DNA of 64,000 nt from Vicinamibacteria bacterium. GTDB taxonomy: Bacteria > Acidobacteriota > Vicinamibacteria > Vicinamibacterales > UBA8438. This document shows positions 36,729 through 45,555 of the stretch, one piece after another (position 1 is the first letter of the stretch; every line of letters starts with the position of its first letter). Both the position numbers and the translations under genes were made by a program. The notes beneath the pieces were generated by a model that saw only the letters and a list, made by a program, of their open reading frames with translations, searched no databases and was not told the DNA's origin. The stretch is taken from assembly GCA_963578805.1 (NCBI GenBank), contig CAUZDY010000015.1, forward strand, positions 542-64,541, in the 5' to 3' direction.

Positions 36729-37451
36729 TTACCTATCGATCAATCCCGACGTCCCGACGTCTCTCGACCCTCTAGCTCGATCGGCTTCTCTGATTCCATC
36801 AACGCCTCGACCCGGACGAAATAGTGAGGCTTCTGCCTCCGATCCGGTTCTACCCGATCCGCGCCGAGATGGTTGAATTCCGGTGTCCAAGACACCGGTG
36901 TCAGGTTCAGTCGCACTCGGTGCGTAGACAAAGAACCACTCGTCGTATTGCTCTTGATTGTTATAGCTCCGCAAAGATGCCTCCTCGCTCAGACTGACCA
37001 CTCCGACCACGCCACCTGAGCGGTCCTCTCCGAATTGGCTCCGTTCGGTGCTTTGCGCTCCGCCACCGGTATCGCCTAGTGACTCACCGGGCCGGTCGCC
37101 CGTTGCCGGCACATTTCGTATGTCTGCTATTTGAGAGAAATAAACGACGCGAAAGTCTCCGCCATCGGTCATCGGATCGGCATAGAGCTTTCGAAGGAAT
37201 CTTCGCTCGACGAGGGTCTCAAAATCTGACGGATTGGCTCCGACGTAGCGCCGCTGGTATAGCTCTACCGCTCGTGCGTACTGCTCGCCTCGAAAGATTA
37301 ACTCAGCTTCACGTTCACGTTTCACTGTTTGATTCCACACCGGTAGGAGGATTGACGACAGGACTCCCATCATTCCAAGCAGAACAAGAAGTCCTGCCAT
37401 GGCGTACCCTCTCGCGTCACGCAATCGTCCCCGTACCAAAAGTCGACACAT
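36729..37451 (-). CDS. atypical GspG-like pseudopilin lacking Glu+5, with a low-complexity C-terminal tail
   Basis: Start chosen at ATG 37451 (leader MCRLLVRGRLRDARG, then YAMAGLLVLLGMM). EAELIFRGEQYARAVELYQRRY..LYADPMT resembles the two upstream GspG-like genes. Alternative starts at 37529 and 37403. Confidence 0.5.
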   Translation of the reverse strand: MCRLLVRGRLRDARGYAMAGLLVLLGMMGVLSSILLPVWNQTVKREREAELIFRGEQYARAVELYQRRYVGANPSDFETLVERRFLRKLYADPMTDGGDFRVVYFSQIADIRNVPATGDRPGESLGDTGGGAQSTERSQFGEDRSGGVVGVVSLSEEASLRSYNNQEQYDEWFFVYAPSATEPDTGVLDTGIQPSRRGSGRTGSEAEASLFRPGRGVDGIREADRARGSRDVGTSGLIDR

Positions 37452-37510
37452 GTCTATAGAATGAATCTCAATCTTCCGAATGTCGGGAGCGCTGGCCGTG
37501 TTCGCCGCAT

Positions 37511-37906
37511 ATGCGATTTTCTTTTTCATGGTCCGCTCTTGCGCTCATTCTGGCCTACCTGTTCGGTGTGCAGGGCTGCGAGAACCTCCCACTCTTGGCG
37601 CCGACTGAATCGACGATCATTGTCGTGGTCAGCGATCCCGTGATCCCTGTCGATGGAGAAGCGGTCATCACGGCGGTAGTGACGGAATCGGTCGGTACGC
37701 CGGTACAAAATGACACCCTAGTGACCTTCTCGACCACGCTCGGAACCGTGAATCCGCAGGAGAGCCAAACCCAGGACGGTCGGGCCACGACCCGACTATT
37801 GGATGGGAAGACGGTCGGCACCGCTACGGTTACCGCGTTCTCCGGTCAATCGATATCCAGAGCTGTATCGGTCCGAATCGGACCGATACCCCCTCCCTCG
37901 CCGTAG
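37511..37906 (+). CDS. small lipoprotein with a bacterial Ig-like (Big_1, invasin/intimin-type) domain
   Basis: Signal peptide with lipobox FGVQGC. EAVITAVVTESVGTPVQNDTLVTFSTTLGTV..DGRATTRLLDGKTVGTATVTAFSG. Confidence 0.6.
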   Translation: MRFSFSWSALALILAYLFGVQGCENLPLLAPTESTIIVVVSDPVIPVDGEAVITAVVTESVGTPVQNDTLVTFSTTLGTVNPQESQTQDGRATTRLLDGKTVGTATVTAFSGQSISRAVSVRIGPIPPPSP

Positions 37907-37926
37907 ACCGAGCACACAGCTGCCCG

Positions 37927-38334
37927 CTACCAGTCTACGTACACCGTTCCGTCGAGCGCCGTTCCCTCGTAGGTCGTCTTGACATCGAAGACACCCTGCG
38001 CCAGCGGATCGTTCGGATCCAGTTCGGCCAGAATTGGCTCCCACGTGTCCTCTGAGTTTGTGAATGGATCAAGCGGCATCGCCCGTAAATACCCATCGGT
38101 CACCAGCGTCCCTAGAGCGGAAGGATATTGTTGCTTATCGGCGTAATACTGATCGATCGCGTCACGCATCTGAAACAGGTCTACCTTAAGCACCGCCTCG
38201 CGCGAACGAGTAATTGCGTTACGATAGCCGGCCACGGCGATAGTCGACAGAATAACAATCAGCGACATGACGACCGTCAGTTCGACGAGCGTAAACCCAC
38301 CGTGACGGCGTGCCCAGCAGTGCGCTGCTACCAC
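37927..38334 (-). CDS. GspG-like type II secretion pseudopilin
   Basis: GTG start at 38334 gives a short basic leader ending RRHGG, then FTLVELTVVMSLIVIL (prepilin motif with Glu+5). DLFQMRDAIDQYYADKQQYP..YLRAMPLDPFT. Confidence 0.8.
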   Translation of the reverse strand: MVAAHCWARRHGGFTLVELTVVMSLIVILSTIAVAGYRNAITRSREAVLKVDLFQMRDAIDQYYADKQQYPSALGTLVTDGYLRAMPLDPFTNSEDTWEPILAELDPNDPLAQGVFDVKTTYEGTALDGTVYVDW

Positions 38335-38828
38335 TCCCGATACCTCGTCCCATCTAGCGCCGTTCCGCGTGCTCGAGAATAGACGTCGTACACATTTCCT
38401 CCGCCCCACGCGGTCGCCGTCGGGGAGTCTTGATAGGATCTTAGCCCCCAATCAGTGCTCTTCGTGACCGGGTCGATCGGCATGCGACGCAAGAATTTGA
38501 TCTTCCGCCCGGTAGCGTCGTTTCTAGCTTCGACCCCCTCGACGAGAATATCCAAATCAGGTGGGTACCCTTCACTTTCTGAGTCCACGTTTGTCCCGCC
38601 GATCACTCCTAAGTCGTCAGCGTCCTTGTAAGCATCGATCGCCGTTCGTATTTCGCGGAGCGCCCGACGCAGTTCAGATTCCCGTTGGCGTTGAACTGTG
38701 AGCTGGCTCAGGGGAACAATTACAGAAGCAAGAATCAAAAGAATTACGGTGACGACCAGTAGTTCAACGAACGAATAACCGCGCTCGCTCGACGAGTGGA
38801 AAGACCGGGGCCGAAAATGTAATGTCAT
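38328..38828 (-). CDS. GspG-like type II secretion pseudopilin
   Basis: Leader ..SSERG, then YSFVELLVVTVILLILA. ALREIRTAIDAYKD..FLRRMPIDPVT. Confidence 0.8.
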   Translation of the reverse strand: MTLHFRPRSFHSSSERGYSFVELLVVTVILLILASVIVPLSQLTVQRQRESELRRALREIRTAIDAYKDADDLGVIGGTNVDSESEGYPPDLDILVEGVEARNDATGRKIKFLRRMPIDPVTKSTDWGLRSYQDSPTATAWGGGNVYDVYSRARGTALDGTRYREW

Positions 38829-38848
38829 CCCATCATGCGGCTAGTCAG

Positions 38849-41134
38849 TCAGCGTACGCTCACGGTCGTCGGTTTAAAGCTCAACATCAACGGAGCTCCC
38901 GTCGATGTCAACCCAAGCCCGCTCGTCGACAGGATGGATACGCCTTGCGCGACCGGTTTAAACATCACACGAGCAACCAGTCCTGATCCCGCCGCCCCCG
39001 TTCGATCACCCATTCTTGTCAGCGCTAAATCTATTCGTCCTGTTTCAGGATTTACGTCCTGGGCGAAAGTGACGTCCACACTTCCCTGTTTCATAAAGCT
39101 TCCTTCCTCGATTGTACTTACGCGAAGCACCTCGGGATCGAACGTCAAACTGAGGCTTAACGTGGACAGTTGAGACGCTCCGCTAATTGAGATCGGAACC
39201 GTGTAGTTCCCGCTTCCGAGTGTTACCTGAGTTCCGGCCACGGGCACAATCTCGACCTGTGGCCGAAGCGTCGCAGGGTCAGCTCCAAATACAAGTCCAG
39301 GCGTCGGTGTCGCGGTGACGTCATCACCTCCAGAATCAATCGGGTCAGGAGCCGCACCATCCGCTGGTGAGATGAGCGGTGGCGGTCCAGTGACACCCAT
39401 GTTTTGTTGTGTTCCGATAAAAATCGGACTGACATCCCGTTGTGTCACCTCATGGGTTCGAACAATTCTCGGTGTTAGCAGCATAATTATGTCGGTCGAG
39501 CTGATCGACTGGTCGTTCGACGAGAAAAGCTGCCGGATGAGCGGCAAATTCAGTATGCCAGGAAATCCGCGTAACGAGCGGCGATCCTCTTCCCGCAGCA
39601 ACCCGGCCAAGAGATTCGATTCGCCGTCTCTCAGCCGGAGCCGAGTGATCACGCGACGTGTCCCAAATGTTGGCAGCGCCTGTCCGGCCACATCGATATT
39701 CGCGCCCAGCGTGCTGTTCTCGACCTCCAGGTCCAGGATGATCTCATTATCGTAGGTCACTCGAGGTGTCATGAGCAGATTCACACCGACGGATCGATAC
39801 TCAAATGACGTCAGCGGGTTAACTGCCACACCACCGGTTGCGATCGCGGTGAACGACGTCGACGGCACCGGGATGTCGTCACCAAGGTTCAGCGTGAGTT
39901 GAGTCCCTTCCTGTCCTCGTAACTGCGGCTTTGCGACCAATCTTGTTTCTGAATCCGATTCCAGAAAATTGATAATCGCGGCTGGTACTGCGAGGTAGAA
40001 ATCGGACGGGCTGATTCCATTCGAGAGCAGGTTTGCATTAAATGGCGACGACGCCACCGCATTCGGTGCGGTTCCGGTTGACCGCACGGACGCGGGCGAA
40101 AACAGCCCACCAATCGAGTACTGCGTTAGATCGAGTCCAAACTCCCGTGCGCGTTCGCGGTTCACCTCCAAAATCTGAACGTCAACCACCACTTCTGCTC
40201 GTGGTTTGTCGTTCGCCGCAATCACCTGCTCGATGATGGCCGCGACCGGAGTCGTAGCTCGAACTGTGATGGTGTTGGACGTGGTATTTGGAACGATCTG
40301 TGGTTGGATTGCCAGCGTTGGGGCCCGGACAACCTGGGTCAGAAGCGTTGCCAGTTCAGCGACGTCGGCGTGCGACACGTAGAACGTGCGAATCACCTGT
40401 TCTTCATATTGCGCCCTCTTTTGGGGTGTGTCGGGCACAATGATCACACTTCGTTTGTTAAGCACCTTGTAAAAGTGCTGATTAGCCCTCAAAATCTGGT
40501 CTAACGCTTCTTCGATCGTTACCTCTTCCAATTGAACCGTGTACGCACGGTCTTGAAACTGCTGGTCATAGGTCACATTGATTCCTGTAGCGCTACCGAT
40601 GAAATCTAAGATATCCCGAAGGCTCGCGTTGTTGAATTGAAAACCCAGGAGATCACCGGACGCCGGATCCAAGAGTGGAGGTTCTGAGTCTACCCGCGCC
40701 TGTTCGCGCAGAAGCTCCATCGCCGAAGGCGGTCGCAACGATTCGACGAGGCTTCGAATTCGTCGTTCAAGAGACGCCACGATGGCGATGAGCTGGCCAT
40801 TCGTGGGATCGAACCGGCTTGCGCGGCGATATTCAGCCAACGCCTCTGGGAGCTCATCACGGCTGTCGTGCTCACGAGCCCGCGCGAAATGTACCGCCGC
40901 CGCGCGTTGCATCGCCCGTTCGAGAGCGATTCGATACCGGGGGTCACCGGGTTTATCCTGGAGAGCCTGCCTGTAGAACTCGACGGCCGCTTCCCAATTT
41001 TCGAGGTCTGCTGCGGCGTTACCCTCCCGAAATGCTCCCGCTGAAGCGCAGCCAGAGAGTAACGTCACCGCCAATAGCAAACCAGTCAGGCGAGCGAGCG
41101 ATCCGCACCGAAGATGTCGCCCCAGGTTTCTCAC
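38849..41134 (-). CDS. secretin (GspD/PilQ family) with N-terminal lipobox plus TPR module and C-terminal cohesin-like domain
   Basis: GTG 41134 preceded by AGGAG. Signal peptide with lipobox LLSGC. TPR-like helices. N0/N1 domains (NASLRDILDFIGSATGINV..). Secretin core (LVAKPQLRGQEG..GFPGILNLPLIRQLF..IIMLLTPRIV). The last ~150 aa are cohesin-like (YTVPISISGASQLSTLSLSLTFDPEVLRV..GLVARVMFKPVAQG). Confidence 0.85.
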   Translation of the reverse strand: MRNLGRHLRCGSLARLTGLLLAVTLLSGCASAGAFREGNAAADLENWEAAVEFYRQALQDKPGDPRYRIALERAMQRAAAVHFARAREHDSRDELPEALAEYRRASRFDPTNGQLIAIVASLERRIRSLVESLRPPSAMELLREQARVDSEPPLLDPASGDLLGFQFNNASLRDILDFIGSATGINVTYDQQFQDRAYTVQLEEVTIEEALDQILRANQHFYKVLNKRSVIIVPDTPQKRAQYEEQVIRTFYVSHADVAELATLLTQVVRAPTLAIQPQIVPNTTSNTITVRATTPVAAIIEQVIAANDKPRAEVVVDVQILEVNRERAREFGLDLTQYSIGGLFSPASVRSTGTAPNAVASSPFNANLLSNGISPSDFYLAVPAAIINFLESDSETRLVAKPQLRGQEGTQLTLNLGDDIPVPSTSFTAIATGGVAVNPLTSFEYRSVGVNLLMTPRVTYDNEIILDLEVENSTLGANIDVAGQALPTFGTRRVITRLRLRDGESNLLAGLLREEDRRSLRGFPGILNLPLIRQLFSSNDQSISSTDIIMLLTPRIVRTHEVTQRDVSPIFIGTQQNMGVTGPPPLISPADGAAPDPIDSGGDDVTATPTPGLVFGADPATLRPQVEIVPVAGTQVTLGSGNYTVPISISGASQLSTLSLSLTFDPEVLRVSTIEEGSFMKQGSVDVTFAQDVNPETGRIDLALTRMGDRTGAAGSGLVARVMFKPVAQGVSILSTSGLGLTSTGAPLMLSFKPTTVSVR

Positions 41135-41163
41135 TACATGTCTCCTACCCGCACACCTGATGT

Positions 41164-41706
41164 CTAGGAATCGCCGAGTCTCAATACCTGCCGACGACCG
41201 TCGTCCACAGATTCGACTTCCACCCACGTCGGACCCAAACTCACAATCCGGTAGCGGCCTTCAAGAATCTCTCCCTCACGCCCGTGAAATACGACGTCAC
41301 CATCAGTCAATACAGCGATGCGTTCGCCGGTTCCTAGCCCGTCGACGAGACCGATCATGCGCAGCCTATCACCGGATACGACCTCGGCGACGGAAGAGGC
41401 CGTTACCACTGGTTCACCAGTCCCTGACGGTAGCGCTTGATCCAGAACGGACGGTGCGGACAAACTCGATCCACCCAATCGAAACGGGTTCCGAGGCCGC
41501 AGCGACATCTGCGGGCGGACCTGATCGATCGCCTCAAGCTGCACGGCCAGTTCAGCCTGCTCCACTGTATCCTGTGACGACCCACTGCTTATGTCAGTTT
41601 GCTCCATTGGAGCACCCAGAGTCGAGTCGACCTGCACGTCCTGACACGCTCCGCACACAAGAAACATCGCACAGGAGGTCACGACCCGTGTCCATGGCAT
41701 TTTCAT
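41164..41706 (-). CDS. PilP/GspC-HR-like periplasmic (probable lipo)protein
   Basis: Signal peptide ending CGAC, NPF motif, C-terminal beta domain (LRMIGLVDG..RIAVLTDGDVVFHGREGEILEGRYRIVSLG). Position between the pilO-like gene and the secretin. Confidence 0.5.
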   Translation of the reverse strand: MKMPWTRVVTSCAMFLVCGACQDVQVDSTLGAPMEQTDISSGSSQDTVEQAELAVQLEAIDQVRPQMSLRPRNPFRLGGSSLSAPSVLDQALPSGTGEPVVTASSVAEVVSGDRLRMIGLVDGLGTGERIAVLTDGDVVFHGREGEILEGRYRIVSLGPTWVEVESVDDGRRQVLRLGDS

Positions 41707-41718
41707 CGTTAGTTCCGG

Positions 41719-42288
41719 TCAGGCTCCGAGCGCAGCCCGATAGTAAGTCGACACACTGAGGGTTAGCCCCAAGGCTGCTTCCTCCTCACTTTGAATGAGC
41801 ACGATTTCGTGAATGACGATGAACTCCGAGGCTTCTTCAACCGCCGCGATGAACGCACGAATGTCTGCCCACTCGCCGGTCAAAAGCATTGTCAGGCGTA
41901 AACGAATCAAGTTGCTGCCTTCCTCGTGATCAGACGAACCGTTGCGTCGCTCTATCCGAAGGTCGTGTGCGCTCGCAAATGCGGCGAGTCTTGCGTACGT
42001 GATTTCACGAGCACTTGCCAGGTCTCGCGGGAGAATCTCAGTATAGAAGCGCTCAAGTTGTTCACTGGTAACACTCATTTCGTCCGTCGTCCCTCGCGCA
42101 GCCCGGTAACTCCGCTGAGCCGTCGCGAGAGTCTGTGCCGAGGCTGCTTCGCGCTGACGTGCCTGAGCCGCACCAATCGTCAGGGGATATACTGCGAGCA
42201 CGTGCAAACCCACAACCGCAGCGACCGACACTGCGACCGCTAAGAACGCAAGCCGCTTCTCAGCGACGATCCTGCGAAGCTGAATCAC
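41719..42288 (-). CDS. PilO/GspM-like inner-membrane alignment protein
   Basis: Single TM (LAFLAVAVSVAAVVGLHVLAV), coiled coil, C-terminal alpha/beta domain. 4-nt overlap with the pilN-like gene. Confidence 0.5.
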   Translation of the reverse strand: MIQLRRIVAEKRLAFLAVAVSVAAVVGLHVLAVYPLTIGAAQARQREAASAQTLATAQRSYRAARGTTDEMSVTSEQLERFYTEILPRDLASAREITYARLAAFASAHDLRIERRNGSSDHEEGSNLIRLRLTMLLTGEWADIRAFIAAVEEASEFIVIHEIVLIQSEEEAALGLTLSVSTYYRAALGA

Positions 42289-42881
42289 TGCGTCACCCCC
42301 TCGAGCGCTTCACCGTCGAACGCCTCACTGGGTATCGGTACATACTGTCCATAGAGAACCGCTCGGTAGAGGCCGTCGTCCGTTACTTCCTCCTCGCGGG
42401 ATAAAACGTCAGTAAACGCGCCGGTCCCCTCCAGTCGCTCGATAAATTGGCCAATCGCATCGACGCTCTGACTGACAATACCCACCTGCGCACCGACAGT
42501 GCCGTCGATTACATCAGGACGCACGGATGTCAGCATGACATCGTTCGGAAGTGTGGCCTCGATTTGATTAAGGAAGCCAGTCCACGAAAACATCCGCTGG
42601 TCGATCAGGAGATTCACTTCAAGAGAGGCAGCGACAAGCCGGTAGAGCTCCGTTGTTCCCGCCCCGCGCTTGAGTATCGCCGTCTGGTTAAGGATCTCCT
42701 GCGTCCGCTCCTCATTCGATTTGGACGCCTCTATCAGAGCTGCCCGCTCCTGGAGCAAATCAGACAACGCTATCCAGCCAGTCATCAAAAAAAATGCTGC
42801 GACTAGGGCGATGCTCCATAAGACCACGTGGATCGCTCTCTCGTTGTAGAACGGTCTCGTCGCAAGATTTGTCCGCAACAT
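42285..42881 (-). CDS. PilN-like inner-membrane alignment protein
   Basis: N-terminal LRTNLATRPFYNER, then a TM segment and coiled coil. Downstream of the pilM-like gene. Confidence 0.55.
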   Translation of the reverse strand: MLRTNLATRPFYNERAIHVVLWSIALVAAFFLMTGWIALSDLLQERAALIEASKSNEERTQEILNQTAILKRGAGTTELYRLVAASLEVNLLIDQRMFSWTGFLNQIEATLPNDVMLTSVRPDVIDGTVGAQVGIVSQSVDAIGQFIERLEGTGAFTDVLSREEEVTDDGLYRAVLYGQYVPIPSEAFDGEALEGVTQ

Positions 42882-42914
42882 CTCAGAATCAGATTCGCCG
42901 TCTATTCACGCCGC

Positions 42915-43871
42915 CTACAGCCGTTGGCGCATCACGAGTCCGATCGGTGCAGCCAACGAATCAAGTTTGATCGGATTGACGTTCAATGACGACGTCACCT
43001 GTGGCGAAGCCAATTGCTCGACCTTGATACCAAGACGCTCTCCCAATGTTTGACGTGCGGCATCGGACGCCATCGGCGTATCGGCGCTTACCACCAGAAC
43101 TGTTCGCCCCATGCCTTGTCCCTCAAGCCGGTCTTCGTAGTACATCGCGCTCTGATGCACAAGATCGCTCACATCGCTTTCGCTCAGCGTTGGACAGTTC
43201 CGAAAAAAAATAAGGTCGGGTCCCCTCATGATGGCTAATGTGCTGTCATAACGCGAGATATGTAGGAGAAGCCAATCGGAGTCCGTGTCTGGTGCCATGA
43301 CCAAGGCGACGTTAACTAGGTTGAAAGTGGCCAAATCGACCAGACCGGCGTAGGCGCCCGCGGCCGAACAGACTTCCTCATACTCCTCCACGATGTCACG
43401 GCGAGCCACCGCCACGACGAACTCTCTTCCTCCGTTTCCCCCGAGAGTACCCGGGGTATAAGCAAGCTGCGCGTCTTCTACACGAAACGGAAGCGATTTA
43501 CGAATTTGCCACCCGACGAGACGGGCAAGGTCATCCGGTCGAGACGGCAGCTCGTCGAAGCTAACGAATGACACTTTTGCGATACGGTCTGGCACCACGA
43601 GACCGATTCGTGTCGTCCGGCGTGGTAGCTGCCTGAGCACCTCACGAACGGCCTCGACGACAACGTCCCGTTCGATCATGTTAGCCGCCACCGCGGTAGG
43701 TTCAAGGGCACCGCCTGGGAGGTCAATCCGGACGTGGCTGATCAGTTTTGGTGTCGAGTTGACCCAAGTAAGAGCAGCGCCTGTCACACCGTCTGCAGCA
43801 ATCTCGACTCCAACCGATGGCCCCCCGGTCGATATCGCAGTCCGGAGAAAACGGCCCAACTTACTCAACAA
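42915..43871 (-). CDS. PilM-like actin-fold assembly protein
   Basis: VGVEIAADGVTGAALT N-terminal phosphate-1-like strand. Size and position typical of PilM. Confidence 0.55.
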   Translation of the reverse strand: MLSKLGRFLRTAISTGGPSVGVEIAADGVTGAALTWVNSTPKLISHVRIDLPGGALEPTAVAANMIERDVVVEAVREVLRQLPRRTTRIGLVVPDRIAKVSFVSFDELPSRPDDLARLVGWQIRKSLPFRVEDAQLAYTPGTLGGNGGREFVVAVARRDIVEEYEEVCSAAGAYAGLVDLATFNLVNVALVMAPDTDSDWLLLHISRYDSTLAIMRGPDLIFFRNCPTLSESDVSDLVHQSAMYYEDRLEGQGMGRTVLVVSADTPMASDAARQTLGERLGIKVEQLASPQVTSSLNVNPIKLDSLAAPIGLVMRQRL

Positions 43872-45555
43872 AAGTCACCTTGTTGATCTCTCGGAGCGTC
43901 GTCACGCCTGCGAGGACACAGTCAACGGCCGTCTCTCGCAAGAAACGCATCCCCTCCTCTCGCGCCGCCTTCTTGATCTCCGAAGTAGCCTTTCGGTCCA
44001 AAATCATCTCTCGGATGGTGTCGCTAAGATCAAGGAGCTCACAAACGGCCGTACGTCCCTTGTAGCCCGTCCCGCCACATTCGATGCAGCCACCGCCCTC
44101 GAAGAACGTATACCGGTCAGTCCACTCAGGATCGAGACCGGCTTCGATGAGCTCACTGCGCTCAATCTGGACGCTATGCTTGCACTCCAAGCAGATCGTC
44201 CGGACTAATCGCTGAGCTAAGACACAGTTGAGCGCCGACACGAACTGGTATTCCTCGACACCCATATTCAGGAAGCGACCCAACACATCAACAACATTGT
44301 TGGCATGCACCGTCGTAAACACCAGGTGTCCCGTGAGCGCCGACTGGATCGCAATTTGTGCCGTCTCGGGGTCACGAATCTCACCCACCATGATCTTGTC
44401 GGGGTCGTGACGTAGAATCGAACGGAGACCACGAGCGAAGCTCAGACCCTTCTGCTCGTTGATCGGAATTTGTGTAATGCCTTGTAGTTGATACTCTACT
44501 GGGTCTTCAATCGTTATAATCTTGTCTTCAGACGACTGGATCTCTGACAACGCGGCGTAAAGCGTCGTGGTCTTTCCACTTCCCGTCGGTCCCGTCACGA
44601 GTACCATCCCATACGGCTCGGCGATGTATTTTCTGAACCGCTTGAGTTCATCGTCTGGAAAGCCCAAAATATCCAGACGTAACTCACGAAATTGCTCGCT
44701 GATTAATTCCTTATCAAGGATCCGAATGACGGCATCTTCTCCGTGAATGCTCGGCATAATCGACACGCGACAATCAACCGCCTTCCCGGGCAGCCGCACT
44801 TTAAACCGGCCGTCTTGAGGAACGCGCTTCTCGGCGATGTCGAGTTCTGCCATCACTTTGATCCGGGACAGGATCGGACTATGGAACTGCTTGTCGATCG
44901 GTCGCATGGCCGATTGCAGGACCCCGTCGACGCGATACTTGACGTAGACTGCGTCATCCTGTGTTTCCACATGAATATCGCTGGCCCGTCGCTGGATCGC
45001 GGTGTAAATCATCGAGTCGATTAAACGGATTATCGGACTGATGTCACTCGTTAGTCGCTCTACACTCAGGCTGTCTTCGCTCGATTCGTCATCGTGTAGA
45101 AGCTGGATCTCGAAACCCTCGGTCGCCTCATCCAGGACTCGCTGGGAACCTTCGCTCTTCTTTAAAATAGACTCGATCAAAGACGGGGTCCCAACGGTCA
45201 CCTTTATCGCTGAGCCCAACAACAGGGGTAACTCGTCTAGTTTGGGCACGTCGGTCGGATCGGCAACCACGACCACTAGCGTTCCGCCCTCGCGCCGATG
45301 CGGGACGAATCCGTATCGCAACATCACGTCGGTCGGAATCGAGCGAAACAACTCCTGATCGATGTAAAACCGATCCATGTCGACATATTCAAGTCGATAT
45401 CGCTCGGCGAGTCGTCGTGCGTGGGCTACCTCGTCATCGCTGTTACGTCTTTGTTCAGAAAGGTCTGGATCGGTCGGCGCTGGTGTCGAGCTTGTGAGCT
45501 TGACGACGTCCGGCCTGGTTGGCACGGACGTCTCGGTACTCCTTGAATCCGGCAT
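43861..45555 (-). CDS. GspE/PilB-family secretion/assembly ATPase
   Basis: T2SSE N-domain, Walker A GPTGSGKTTTLYA, Asp box, Walker B, His box, tetracysteine CLECK..C..CGGTGYKGR. Confidence 0.92.
   Translation of the reverse strand: MPDSRSTETSVPTRPDVVKLTSSTPAPTDPDLSEQRRNSDDEVAHARRLAERYRLEYVDMDRFYIDQELFRSIPTDVMLRYGFVPHRREGGTLVVVVADPTDVPKLDELPLLLGSAIKVTVGTPSLIESILKKSEGSQRVLDEATEGFEIQLLHDDESSEDSLSVERLTSDISPIIRLIDSMIYTAIQRRASDIHVETQDDAVYVKYRVDGVLQSAMRPIDKQFHSPILSRIKVMAELDIAEKRVPQDGRFKVRLPGKAVDCRVSIMPSIHGEDAVIRILDKELISEQFRELRLDILGFPDDELKRFRKYIAEPYGMVLVTGPTGSGKTTTLYAALSEIQSSEDKIITIEDPVEYQLQGITQIPINEQKGLSFARGLRSILRHDPDKIMVGEIRDPETAQIAIQSALTGHLVFTTVHANNVVDVLGRFLNMGVEEYQFVSALNCVLAQRLVRTICLECKHSVQIERSELIEAGLDPEWTDRYTFFEGGGCIECGGTGYKGRTAVCELLDLSDTIREMILDRKATSEIKKAAREEGMRFLRETAVDCVLAGVTTLREINKVTFVE

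Noticed and set aside
41160-41759. 199-aa plus-strand ORF
   Set aside because: It is antisense to the PilP-like gene. Its product is Arg/Pro-rich with no signal or motifs, whereas the minus-strand product has a signal peptide and a PilP/GspC-like C-domain and fits the operon.
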